DNA from: a phage
DNA: 54,480 bases
Reading direction: 5' to 3' (one strand)
Assembly: GCA_018865545.1 (NCBI GenBank)
Contig: GCA_018865545.1_3633.2
Position numbers and translations under genes: made by a program. Positions 9,696-18,598 of the stretch are shown piece after piece. Position 1 is the stretch's first letter. Each line of letters begins with the position of its first letter. Below the pieces are notes generated by a model, which was given only the letters and a program-made list of their open reading frames with translations, did not search any database and had not been told where the DNA came from.

Positions 9696-9738
9696 CGCAT
9701 CAGACGGTAAGTTTTCCGCACCTAACAAAAGGCTAATA

Positions 9739-10008
9739 ATGATGAACATCTCAAAAACTACTTTCAACTTCGCTAAAAAGCGTGGGATTGAGCTTGAGCT
9801 AATCGCAGCAGATGATCGCTTGGTCCTGGCTTTTTATGAAGCTAAAAACGAATGTGAGTGGATGTTCTCTTATAATGTTAACTATGATTGCCTAACATGG
9901 CGCGGCAATATCTATCTTCCAAACGAAGTAAAAGAGGAATTACCAGCCACGATCACGACTGAGAAAAAATTACGTGAAGTTATTGACTTCATCTCTAAAA
10001 GTATCTAA
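9739..10008 (+). CDS. hypothetical protein
   Basis: ORF track; AAAGG RBS; downstream of consensus promoter. Confidence 0.5.
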   Translation: MMNISKTTFNFAKKRGIELELIAADDRLVLAFYEAKNECEWMFSYNVNYDCLTWRGNIYLPNEVKEELPATITTEKKLREVIDFISKSI

Positions 10009-10054
10009 GATTACAGGGAAAGGGGCAAAAGCCCCCTACCGCAGAAGGTATAAA

Positions 10055-10279
10055 ATGGATAAATTAACAAAGATTGAACATGAAGTTATGGATCTTGCAA
10101 GGGCTAATAGGCCATTTGACAAGATTTTCTCTAAGGAGAATAAAGAGATCTTGAAAGGTCTAACGCAAGGTCAAAAAGACGGCTTGCGCCGCTTATATCG
10201 TGAGGCGTATGACTATTTTCGCTGGTGGGAAATAGAAGAGGCTAACGCGAAAATAGAAGGCCTAGAAAATTTAGTATAA
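10055..10279 (+). CDS. hypothetical protein
   Basis: ORF track 9974..10279; start moved to ATG10055 behind GAAGGT RBS; GC hairpin 10017-10040 upstream. Confidence 0.45.
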   Translation: MDKLTKIEHEVMDLARANRPFDKIFSKENKEILKGLTQGQKDGLRRLYREAYDYFRWWEIEEANAKIEGLENLV

Positions 10280-10325
10280 AAGTAGTTGACTTTTACTTAT
10301 GCCGTGATAGAATGCACGGCATAGA
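10280..10325 (+). promoter_or_regulatory. promoter TTGACT-16-TAGAAT with palindrome GCCGTG/CACGGC flanking the -10
   Basis: Near-identical to the element at 5690-5735. Confidence 0.45.
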
Positions 10326-10374
10326 TAAGAGAGACGGCACAAGCCATTGATTAAACTTAAAGAGGTAAATTATC

Positions 10375-10776
10375 ATGAATACTTACAAAACTGTTTTTAA
10401 TTTCGACAACTTCAAAGCTATCTGTGACGATCAGATCGGTAAGTGCCGTAAAGAAAAAGGATTCTATAAGTCTTATAAATTGATTGCGGTTGTTGATGAA
10501 GAGATCACCGAAGTGGCAACGCTCAACCTGTACCACACCAACGCTACTAATTACGCTTGCCTGTGGATGCACTGGACCAATATTAAAGGTTGGGATCATG
10601 GCTATGTTGGCGGGAAAGCAAGCGGATACGGTTACGACAGGGAGGAGGCCGCGATCCATGTCGCAGCTAATAAGCTCGGTATTACTGGCAACTGGTTTAA
10701 AGGTGAACAATTGCTAGATGCGATGGCACGTCATTTTGATATGAAAGGCGCGAAGGTTATCTGCTGCAACGCGTGA
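10375..10776 (+). CDS. hypothetical protein
   Basis: ORF track; AAAGAGGT RBS. Confidence 0.55.
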   Translation: MNTYKTVFNFDNFKAICDDQIGKCRKEKGFYKSYKLIAVVDEEITEVATLNLYHTNATNYACLWMHWTNIKGWDHGYVGGKASGYGYDREEAAIHVAANKLGITGNWFKGEQLLDAMARHFDMKGAKVICCNA

Positions 10777-10823
10777 TCACTCAATAGCGGGGAATATTCC
10801 CCGCTTATAGATAGGGCATAATC

Positions 10824-11282
10824 ATGATTTACGATCTTAAATATTACGACGAATTGAGCATTGCAGCACAATTAACCGCCCGTGTCAATATTATAGCAGA
10901 CCTGGAGAATCACCACAGAAAGCGCATAGTTCAGGCTGTCGCCAGTTTTAAAAATGATCCCCATAAAGTGATTAATGACACGGAGCACATTTCACGCCTC
11001 ATAAACGGCGCAAAGGCGCTTTATAGTGTACGTCATTACGGGGATGATTACCTTATAAAGTTTATTCGTGATAATCGTTTGATCTTTACCCCTGGAGGCA
11101 GCTATATAGCCTATAGCGACGGCTTTATGATGATTATTAAGGGTAAGGAATACATCCCCACGGCCTCACAACAAAAAGCATTGAGAGCGCTTTACATCGC
11201 CATTAATGAGCGTGGCCCGTCATATCATGATTGGCTATATAGAATGCACCACAAAATAAAATTTTTTATGATTCCCGCTTGA
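10824..11282 (+). CDS. hypothetical protein
   Basis: ORF track; preceded by hairpin GCGGGGAATATTCCCCGC. Confidence 0.5.
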   Translation: MIYDLKYYDELSIAAQLTARVNIIADLENHHRKRIVQAVASFKNDPHKVINDTEHISRLINGAKALYSVRHYGDDYLIKFIRDNRLIFTPGGSYIAYSDGFMMIIKGKEYIPTASQQKALRALYIAINERGPSYHDWLYRMHHKIKFFMIPA

Positions 11283-11360
11283 CACCCTCATAAAAACGCC
11301 TTATTATCTATCTCATAAGGCGGGGAGCGGTTCCCCGCCACACTTAAGAGGTAAATAATC

Positions 11361-11750
11361 ATGCGTAACCTGGTTCATGTTTCCAACGTTGAAAAATTCC
11401 AATCTTTACAGGCTATCGTAAACGATACAGCGCCTTTTATCGTTAAAGGCTTGATCGCAAGAATGCAACAGAAAAAACCTGAAATCTGGGCTAATTATTG
11501 CCTTGATAATGATGATCAGGCCGCCGCTTTCATGGTTAGCGAACTGCTGGGAAGTGTAGGGAACATGTTACCGGAAAACATCGCAGAAGAGATCACCTAT
11601 CGTTATAATATGGCGATAACTTATCAGGAGGTTGCGCAATTTAACCTGATGGATGACGACGAACAACAGGATCAGGAAATTTACTGGGAGTATGCCGACC
11701 GTCAGGCAGCTTTTGATGAACGGTTGGAGATGTACTATAACGAATGGTAA
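11361..11750 (+). CDS. hypothetical acidic protein
   Basis: ORF track; TAAGAGGT RBS; acidic C-terminus DDDEQQDQE. Confidence 0.55.
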   Translation: MRNLVHVSNVEKFQSLQAIVNDTAPFIVKGLIARMQQKKPEIWANYCLDNDDQAAAFMVSELLGSVGNMLPENIAEEITYRYNMAITYQEVAQFNLMDDDEQQDQEIYWEYADRQAAFDERLEMYYNEW

Positions 11751-11756
11751 TAAACA

Positions 11757-11787
11757 GGCCGCATATTAGCGGCCTTTAATTTTTTCT
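11757..11787 (+). terminator. rho-independent terminator
   Basis: Hairpin AGGCCGC-ATATTA-GCGGCCT followed by TTAATTTTTT. Confidence 0.6.
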
Positions 11788-11847
11788 ATTGACAATATTA
11801 CACTAACCTTTAAAATGTTCTCTATTAAGTATCTTTAAAGGTGTAAC

Positions 11848-12027
11848 ATGCTCCAATCAATCATTGATGTTCTATCAGTCGCTAACAACGTGATGAACGT
11901 AATTACAATGATTAAACTTGTTGCGTGGTTTGTTTCCGGGGATTATCGCTATATTAAATGGCGCAAGCCAACCATAAAAGACGTAGTGAAGATCTCATTT
12001 GAAGCAATGACAGAATATTATCTATAA
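11848..12027 (+). CDS. small hypothetical protein (59 aa)
   Basis: Not in ORF track; AAAGGTG RBS before ATG11848; upstream TTGACA promoter-like. Confidence 0.3.
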   Translation: MLQSIIDVLSVANNVMNVITMIKLVAWFVSGDYRYIKWRKPTIKDVVKISFEAMTEYYL

Positions 12028-12088
12028 CGATTATTTTTTGTTGACATCCAAAAGATTTTTCAATACCATTGATCACATAAGGGCGGCA

Positions 12089-12316
12089 ATGATGCTGCCC
12101 ACAACTGAAAGAGAAATCACCATGGCGCTTAAAAAACTAACAAGTAATACACGTTGGGATGAAATCGGCGGGGAAGTATACATTTTCGCCCGTAAACCAG
12201 GTGATCAAAAATGGTCAAAGGCTTTTACTTGCCACCCTGCAACCATAGACCTGATAAAAAGGGAAGGTTTACGCGAAGCAGTAGCAAGAAATTTGCTGAT
12301 TCCTTATAAAAAATAG
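12089..12316 (+). CDS. hypothetical protein
   Basis: ORF track 12038..12316; start moved to ATG12089 behind AAGGGCGG; upstream TTGACA-17-TACCAT. Confidence 0.45.
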   Translation: MMLPTTEREITMALKKLTSNTRWDEIGGEVYIFARKPGDQKWSKAFTCHPATIDLIKREGLREAVARNLLIPYKK

Positions 12317-12382
12317 TTTGAAATTAATTTCATTATTGATAAAATCTTATATAAAACTTTAACCTAAAAGGGGTAAATTAAT

Positions 12383-12583
12383 ATGAAACGTTTTACTTAT
12401 GGTGTGGTTGGCGGTTCTGTTTCAAACCGTTTTTACAATACCGAGCGTGGTGCTAAAAATGCAGCTACCCGTGAATATGGCAATAGTGCAAATTTACAAG
12501 TTGGCTACATTAGCAAAATTAGCGGTATGTTTATTCCGGTTGCTCAACGCGGCATGTATTGCATAAACTGGATGCCAATGTAA
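12383..12583 (+). CDS. hypothetical protein
   Basis: ORF track; AAAAGGGGT RBS. Confidence 0.5.
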   Translation: MKRFTYGVVGGSVSNRFYNTERGAKNAATREYGNSANLQVGYISKISGMFIPVAQRGMYCINWMPM

Positions 12584-12598
12584 AAAGGAGTAATAAAA

Positions 12599-12790
12599 AT
12601 GGATGTACCACAAGTTAGAAAGGTATTAGCAGCGTTACGCTATCACAATCATAGCAAGGTGAAGAATGATCCTGATTATGTTGATTCCAGCTTGGAGGAA
12701 GACACCTTGCAAGCTATAAGCCATATGCAGGAATTGCTTAAGCGTATGACAGAGAAGAACAGATCTGATTATATAGGTGAAGAGATTTAA
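12599..12790 (+). CDS. hypothetical protein
   Basis: ORF track; AAAGGAG RBS. Confidence 0.5.
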   Translation: MDVPQVRKVLAALRYHNHSKVKNDPDYVDSSLEEDTLQAISHMQELLKRMTEKNRSDYIGEEI

Positions 12791-12821
12791 TCTCTTACAA
12801 CCGCACAAAGTAAAATTGTAC

Positions 12822-12850
12822 AAGGGGCGCATTAAGCGCCCTTTATTTTT
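12822..12850 (+). terminator. rho-independent terminator ending the plus-strand cluster
   Basis: Hairpin GGGGCGC-ATTA-AGCGCCC followed by TTTATTTTTG. Confidence 0.6.
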
Positions 12851-13235
12851 GCCCTAACAAGTATGATAAGTTTTATCTATCAAAACACCACACAGAAAAA
12901 AGTGAATAAAACGCGGTATCGAGCTAAACGAGGGCAGACAATACAACGGCAAGGCTGAACATTTAAGGCCGTTATAACGCGATTCAGGCCGCTTAAAATC
13001 GATCCCCACCACGAACAACCCCCACAAAATGACTAAAACGACACAACATGACCTAAATGATAACCATTATCAATAACATAAGCATTTTTATGCGTTTTTA
13101 GTGAATATCTATTTAAATGATAATGACTCTCAACAACAAACTAACACGACCGAAGCGATTTAATCGCCTACCACAAAATTAATCATTTGTAAAGAACAAT
13201 TTAAAAGCTGCGTAAGTGGCGCGACCGTAGGGAGC

Positions 13236-13460
13236 GACACAATAACGCAGTAGTAACCCCTCCCCTCACTCCTTACAGTCGCCCGGTATCGGGCTAGCGT
13301 TATTATGTCGCTACGCGCCAACGCGTTAACAATTTTGCAAAGAAGCCTGCTTTGCAGGTTAAGCGCATTGCGCTTAATCGCGTAGCGACTATGTGAAATT
13401 ATAACAGTTAAATTATTAATAAAATCTTGCAAAATTGTTAACCTACTGCGTTATTGTGTC
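13236..13460. repeat. nested and interleaved inverted repeats
   Basis: 18-bp perfect IR GACACAATAACGCAGTAG (13236-13253) / CTACTGCGTTATTGTGTC (13443-13460); 16-bp IR 13325-13340 / 13427-13442; 11-bp IR GTCGCTACGCG / CGCGTAGCGAC; palindrome TTAAGCGCATTGCGCTTAA. Confidence 0.7.
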
Positions 13461-13849
13461 CGGTACGGATTAGTTACGTATGTAACTAACAACTAACGTT
13501 GCTAAATTGTGTCCTGTATATAATTCGTTAAATTAACCAAATTAATCCCCGATTATTACGCAGTAAATCACCTGCTTTTAACCCTGTTAATGTGCCACGT
13601 AGTGATCTGCTATCTTGCCCAGGGATAACCGCATGGCATGCGGTTAAATGCTGTTAAGTGCCTGAAATGCCAGATCAATTTAGTCACTGCGTGATTATGA
13701 TTGCGACAATAATTTGCTTATGATTTGTTATGCTTTGTTATAATTTGCTATTTATTTGTTAAACACTCTTTTATCTTTCCTCTTTCATTTTTGTTATATT
13801 TGATTTGTTATCGTTTTCTTCCGTTTCATTTCGTTATTGAAAACAAGAA

Positions 13850-15250
13850 TTATTATCATTCATGTGCCTTAACAGGCTGGCAGGTCTGTTAGTGGTCTGG
13901 TTCTCTGTGTGGTCATGTGATGGCTGGCTTAGTAGCTTGGTTTTATTGTCTGGCCTGTTATTGTTAGCTTGCTTGTTGTTGTGTGGTGTATGTATCAGTT
14001 AGCTAGTGTATGATCTGGTGCGCATAACGTGTATTATGTTAAATCACTAAGCCCACAAATAAGGTGGCTTGTCAATAACAATAAGTGCTGTGTGCGGTAG
14101 TCTGGCCCATCAGTGCGCCCCTTTGTTGTGTGGTGCTCTCAGTGTGTGACCTGTCTGCTGTGTGCGCTGCGCCAAATCTCGAGCGGTTCTCGATCACAAT
14201 AGCTGTAAGATATTTTGTAAAGATTCGTAGTTTTTCTTGACACCCACAATCGTCCGTCTAACCCTTCAGAGATTTATCTGTGATTTTTACCCTTCAGAGA
14301 TAAATACAAACTATGAGCTACATCTGCCACAAGCATACCTGCCATGTCACATCACTAATCTTGCAAGGATATTTCTGTAAGTGAACCTGCACACAATGCA
14401 GCACGCGTCTTGTTGTGTGGGGAGGGTGGGGTAACAATCAGGAAGTGGTGTGGCTGTGATAACGTATTGGATAAAAACTCTGGCTGGCTTGTCGATGATA
14501 TTTGTGTGGGGAAATGCTGATGGGTAAGATATAAGACACTTGTCTCCGGCAGGGGTGGGGTGTGGAAAAGAAATGGGCCTGTCCGACCCATTGTGATATA
14601 GAAATGAAATGGCCATCTCACCATTGACCAGGTAAGCCAATATCAAGGCCAAATTCGTGGCACTCATCCCAGTCAAGACTTTGATTCCAGTTTGTAACTG
14701 TCCTCTCTGTGTGGTGGGTGTATGATGCTCTCTGTGACTGCTTTGGCATCTTTTTTGTCTGAGATTTCCCGAAAAGAGGTGTGTTGTCATTGAGTCTTCC
14801 GGCAGCCTTTTCACCCTTTTTGACTTGTCTCCCACAGGCATTCCACTGCTCCAGTGTCCTGTAACACATAAAATCATTCTCCTGTAATATCTGGTGTGAG
14901 GATAATGACAGATTGTATCAGATGCGTCAAGTCTGTTGACCAGAGTGTGTGGGGAGTGGTGTCGTTATAAAAAAAAATTTTAGGGAGCTTTCCATGACTT
15001 ATTCTGTGGCTTCAGCAAGGCCATAAACCCAGATGTGGCGGGGCTTTCAGCTATGTTGTGTGTTGATCGCAAACAAGGATAAAATAATCAATATAAATGC
15101 AGATAAATGTTGTTTTATTGTGTTTGTGTAACTGGGGTGTCGTGTCTTGATAGGTTATGACCTGTACATATTTTGTACAATTGTGTGGTGTGCAGAGTTT
15201 GGGTGGCAATTCCCCAGACGGGGCAGGGTAGGTTATGGTGGAGAGCAGGG
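13850..15250. repeat. GT-skewed non-coding region with recurring TGTGTGG(G) motifs and G-tracts
   Basis: Direct inspection: TGTGTGG-like motifs near 13975, 14125, 14412, 14446, 14503, 14556, 14707, 14945, 15181; GGGGAGGGTGGGG at 14419-14431. Confidence 0.5.
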
Positions 15251-15270
15251 GCATGGTTAGCCCCATATGA

Positions 15271-15594
15271 TCAGGGTTGTGCGTCTGTTTGTTTGAACTG
15301 GTCTTTTGAACGTATTACATAACCACAACCATATTTTCTCAGCCAGACCAGTTCCCATGGACTATCACTCAGGTTTTTCCTGTTTATCTCTTTTAGCTGG
15401 GCAACCGCATCGTCCCATGATGTGACTTCGAGATAACCGATAAGACTGTCCTCTCCAAAATCTCCGTAATCAAATGTGCATCTGACCTTGGCGATAAACT
15501 CTGTCTGTGGATTTTCAGGTTTTACAAAAGCCCAGTGAAAGATTTGTTCTGTGCAATGCTCATTAACCCACCTGATTTGTGTGGTCATAATCAC
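15271..15594 (-). CDS. hypothetical protein
   Basis: ORF track; last gene of the leftward cluster. Confidence 0.5.
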   Translation of the reverse strand: MIMTTQIRWVNEHCTEQIFHWAFVKPENPQTEFIAKVRCTFDYGDFGEDSLIGYLEVTSWDDAVAQLKEINRKNLSDSPWELVWLRKYGCGYVIRSKDQFKQTDAQP

Positions 15595-15597
15595 CTC

Positions 15598-16221
15598 TTA
15601 TCGTATAATCTCGCCTCGGAAAACTGTCTCTTGCCCCTGAAGATGCCTTGTCATGTAGTCTTTGATCCGGTCATCAACCCATTTAATACGTTCTGGGTTG
15701 GTGTGACAATTAGCGTTGGTACTTTCCAGCCAGTAAGCCGCCTGGTCTGTGGTAAATGGAAAATTCAATGGGCGACCAGCAGCTACGAATTGTGCTTGCA
15801 TCTCCCGAAGTAAGTTATCCCTTTCTCGCCATGACCAGCGCCATTCTGCATAAGCCTTCAGATTGTTTTTCAGGCCTGTTTGTTTTGAAAACTTATACCC
15901 TAAATATTCGTCAGGGTCATTGAGCCATTTCCGGTAATCCCTGTAAAACTCATATAGTTTTTCACTTGAAATTTTTATCTTTGTTGTCTGCATTGGTGGC
16001 AGAGGCAGATATGCCCAGTGTGTTGGCTCACACACAATACGTGTATCATCGTGGTAAGCATACTGGAATACACCTTGCCCAATATGAGCACCAACAAACA
16101 TTTCTTTAGTGTCTGAACAAAACACCAACACATCTACAAAATCTGGTGGTAACTTATCTGAGCACATTACCCATGTATCTGTGTGATTGGTTTTTAATTC
16201 CGCAAAAAATTTATTGTTCAT
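15598..16221 (-). CDS. hypothetical protein
   Basis: ORF track 15598..16299; start moved to ATG16221 behind AAGGGTG RBS. Confidence 0.5.
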   Translation of the reverse strand: MNNKFFAELKTNHTDTWVMCSDKLPPDFVDVLVFCSDTKEMFVGAHIGQGVFQYAYHDDTRIVCEPTHWAYLPLPPMQTTKIKISSEKLYEFYRDYRKWLNDPDEYLGYKFSKQTGLKNNLKAYAEWRWSWRERDNLLREMQAQFVAAGRPLNFPFTTDQAAYWLESTNANCHTNPERIKWVDDRIKDYMTRHLQGQETVFRGEIIR

Positions 16222-16223
16222 AC

Positions 16224-16415
16224 TTACACCCTTAAAAATAAGGAAAACAGACAGGCGACCCCACCAAATACATTGACACAACTTAGAAGAATACTCCACA
16301 ATCTTTTCCAGCCTTTAACAGCAGCACTTTCCGAGAATCCGCAGAGTGCCAACATGAAATTGGAAATTCCAAGAAAGGCCAGTAGTAAATTTAATAGTAT
16401 ATCTATCATCGGCAT
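16224..16415 (-). CDS. small membrane protein
   Basis: ORF track 16224..16469; internal ATG overlapping the upstream stop chosen as start; hydrophobic throughout. Confidence 0.35.
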   Translation of the reverse strand: MPMIDILLNLLLAFLGISNFMLALCGFSESAAVKGWKRLWSILLSCVNVFGGVACLFSLFLRV

Positions 16416-16771
16416 CACCCAAACCACATTACTATCCCTAACACTACGAAAAGAAACCCAAGTAGGCAAAAGGAGGTTATTCTCTCTTTCTTTTTAAACT
16501 CTTTTGTTGGGTTGTAATTTTCCTGTTTTAATACAAGGTTCTCATCATACCAAGTAATCCGTTGCCCGTTCAGGTTATGATACCGCTTATGAAGCTGCAC
16601 AGCTTTTTTGGCAATATCTCCTGTTGGGTATGGGTTTGAGTACATGGCCTCGCCATCATCTGAAACTACTGTTTGGTTTATCGCATCACCATCGTAGTAC
16701 ACTTTCCAGCAGGATTTAGTTATAACCCCATCAACCATGTCTTCTATGTGATATATATTGTACTTGCTCAT
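16415..16771 (-). CDS. hypothetical protein with C-terminal hydrophobic segment
   Basis: ORF track. Confidence 0.5.
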   Translation of the reverse strand: MSKYNIYHIEDMVDGVITKSCWKVYYDGDAINQTVVSDDGEAMYSNPYPTGDIAKKAVQLHKRYHNLNGQRITWYDENLVLKQENYNPTKEFKKKERITSFCLLGFLFVVLGIVMWFG

Positions 16772-17139
16772 GCGTACTCTTTTATCTCCTGGATTGCATC
16801 TTTCGATAGCCAGCTATCAACAGGAATACTACTGAAATCTTTGTGCCACCGATGGGGCTTGTGCCCCTCCCTATGGTCAAGGGGGCATATATCCTCTGGC
16901 ACTTTAAAATGATTGCCTTCGATATCGTAATAGTTTCCGTCTATAAGGGTATAGACGTGTCCTTGTATCCTGCTATAGCATATCTGTGCTTGTGGGAAAA
17001 TGTGTTTAAGTACTAATGCCACTTGATAGCACTTCCCATTCTGACCAATCCACACACTATCCACTTGTGGTGGGAAAATATCCCTGATTTTTCCTATCAG
17101 GGATGTTATATGGTTTTCTACACAACCTGCCATACTCAT
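16768..17139 (-). CDS. hypothetical protein
   Basis: ORF track; 4-nt overlap with neighbour. Confidence 0.5.
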   Translation of the reverse strand: MSMAGCVENHITSLIGKIRDIFPPQVDSVWIGQNGKCYQVALVLKHIFPQAQICYSRIQGHVYTLIDGNYYDIEGNHFKVPEDICPLDHREGHKPHRWHKDFSSIPVDSWLSKDAIQEIKEYA

Positions 17140-17414
17140 CGCCTTGCTTTTAGTAGTGCCTTGAAAAATTTTCTCGCTGCTTTTTCTGCCTGCCCTTTAC
17201 GAGAAAACTCGTTCTCTCTGAATCTCCATTTTCCCGTATCTTCATCCTTCCAGACTTCTGCGTTAAGGAAATCAAGAATATTATCTGTAATCAATTCAAT
17301 ATCCTCATCTGTAAACCAATATTTTATGGCTCCGCTATAGACCTCTCGGAGGTACTCTCTACGGTCATCACCAGAAATCATATTTTTCCCTGATGGCTGC
17401 TCCCAACCCAACAC
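17136..17414 (-). CDS. hypothetical protein
   Basis: ORF track. Confidence 0.5.
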   Translation of the reverse strand: MLGWEQPSGKNMISGDDRREYLREVYSGAIKYWFTDEDIELITDNILDFLNAEVWKDEDTGKWRFRENEFSRKGQAEKAARKFFKALLKARR

Positions 17415-17553
17415 CTATAACTAGTAGTACTGCCACGAATACCAACCAAAAGAGATAAGCATTGCCAAAAATGGTTGTTGGAAACACAACAATAAACAAA
17501 ACAATCAGTACGACAGGAACCCCGATACACAAATTCTTCAGCACTTCCTTCAT
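17368..17553 (-). CDS. small membrane protein
   Basis: ORF track; two hydrophobic stretches. Confidence 0.35.
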   Translation of the reverse strand: MKEVLKNLCIGVPVVLIVLFIVVFPTTIFGNAYLFWLVFVAVLLVIGVGLGAAIREKYDFW

Positions 17554-17555
17554 AA

Positions 17556-17876
17556 TTACAAACTAACCTCTTTCTTCGGCAATGGCTGAAAACATGGTGG
17601 TAATTCACCACCTAACGACCAACGTAGAAGATTATTATATCCTGGGAGTCTCTTGATACCACCTTCTCCTTTATACACCCACGGAACAAGCGTAGATTCA
17701 AATTTTCTCTCACCTGTCTTTGACTCGTACAATAGCCACATACCTTGGGTATTGGTTCCTGTATCCGTCCAGTTTATCTGCCAATCTGATGTTCCCACTA
17801 ATTCGAAATTGTCTGTTTCTTTCTTTTTCTTAAACCATCCAAACATTACTCTATCCTCACTGATACGTAGCGCCAT
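17556..17876 (-). CDS. hypothetical protein
   Basis: ORF track; true start may be the internal Met (MFGWFKKKKE). Confidence 0.45.
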   Translation of the reverse strand: MALRISEDRVMFGWFKKKKETDNFELVGTSDWQINWTDTGTNTQGMWLLYESKTGERKFESTLVPWVYKGEGGIKRLPGYNNLLRWSLGGELPPCFQPLPKKEVSL

Positions 17877-18003
17877 GTTCTTTTGTAATATTCCACAGTT
17901 TCCTCCAGTTTGTCAAGAGGAACTCTAGTTTTCAATACCCACCAGTTCCCTAGATATTCGGCAGAACATGCACTCATCCTGCCACATATGGTATACGTTG
18001 CCA

Positions 18004-18204
18004 CTACATCCTCCACGTTAGTTTCTGAGCGATCTCCAACAAGGCATCTATCTTATGCATATACTCTTTCCTTTTCTCACTGCCAGGAGGGAATTGGTCT
18101 CTCGTTTGCATCAAGGTTTTTATCTCTTCAGACAGATGATTAAGGATTTCAACGCGCTCACGTTTTCGACCTAGTTGCTCAATTTCTTTATCACGACAAT
18201 TCAT
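18004..18204 (-). CDS. hypothetical protein
   Basis: ORF track. Confidence 0.4.
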   Translation of the reverse strand: MNCRDKEIEQLGRKRERVEILNHLSEEIKTLMQTRDQFPPGSEKRKEYMHKIDALLEIAQKLTWRM

Positions 18205-18214
18205 AATACACCCT

Positions 18215-18252
18215 ACAGTGTTGTCAAACTATGAGAGTATGATAATATATGG
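18215..18252 (+). promoter_or_regulatory. promoter TTGTCA-16-TAATAT for the isolated plus-strand gene
   Basis: Hexamers at 18221-18226 and 18243-18248. Confidence 0.45.
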
Positions 18253-18283
18253 TGCAACAACTTACAATAGCAGGAGACGATTT

Positions 18284-18565
18284 ATGACTGTGAAAATACC
18301 TAAAGGCGGCAGATCAGATAGAAATGCATGTGACATGCGTGTAAGGGTAGGGAGAATGTGTCTAATTTATGGAATAACTTATCCACCAATGGTGCGACTT
18401 AATGGTAAAATATGTAAGGTCATCGACATACCAAAAGATAACACAACACGCTTCTTGTGCAAGGTCAAAGATGAAGAGAAGGTTTTTAACATCCCACACA
18501 AAAACCTAACAGTTTTGGATCTTAATGACAACATTGTTATCTCCAAATACCGTTGCATAAACTAA
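18284..18565 (+). CDS. hypothetical protein (plus-strand gene embedded in the minus-strand cluster)
   Basis: ORF track 18218..18565; start moved to ATG18284 behind AGGAGA RBS; own promoter and terminator. Confidence 0.45.
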   Translation: MTVKIPKGGRSDRNACDMRVRVGRMCLIYGITYPPMVRLNGKICKVIDIPKDNTTRFLCKVKDEEKVFNIPHKNLTVLDLNDNIVISKYRCIN

Positions 18566-18598
18566 AATAAAAGCCCCATGCGGGGCTTTTATGTTTAT
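18565..18598. terminator. bidirectional rho-independent terminator
   Basis: AAAATAAAAGCCCCATGCGGGGCTTTTATGTTT: 7-bp GC stem flanked by A-tract and T-tract, between convergent genes. Confidence 0.65.

Noticed and set aside
14347-14877. Minus-strand ORFs of 176, 89 and 83 aa in the GT-skewed region
   Set aside because: Low-complexity translations, mutually overlapping frames, no RBS; open frames here are expected from the biased composition.
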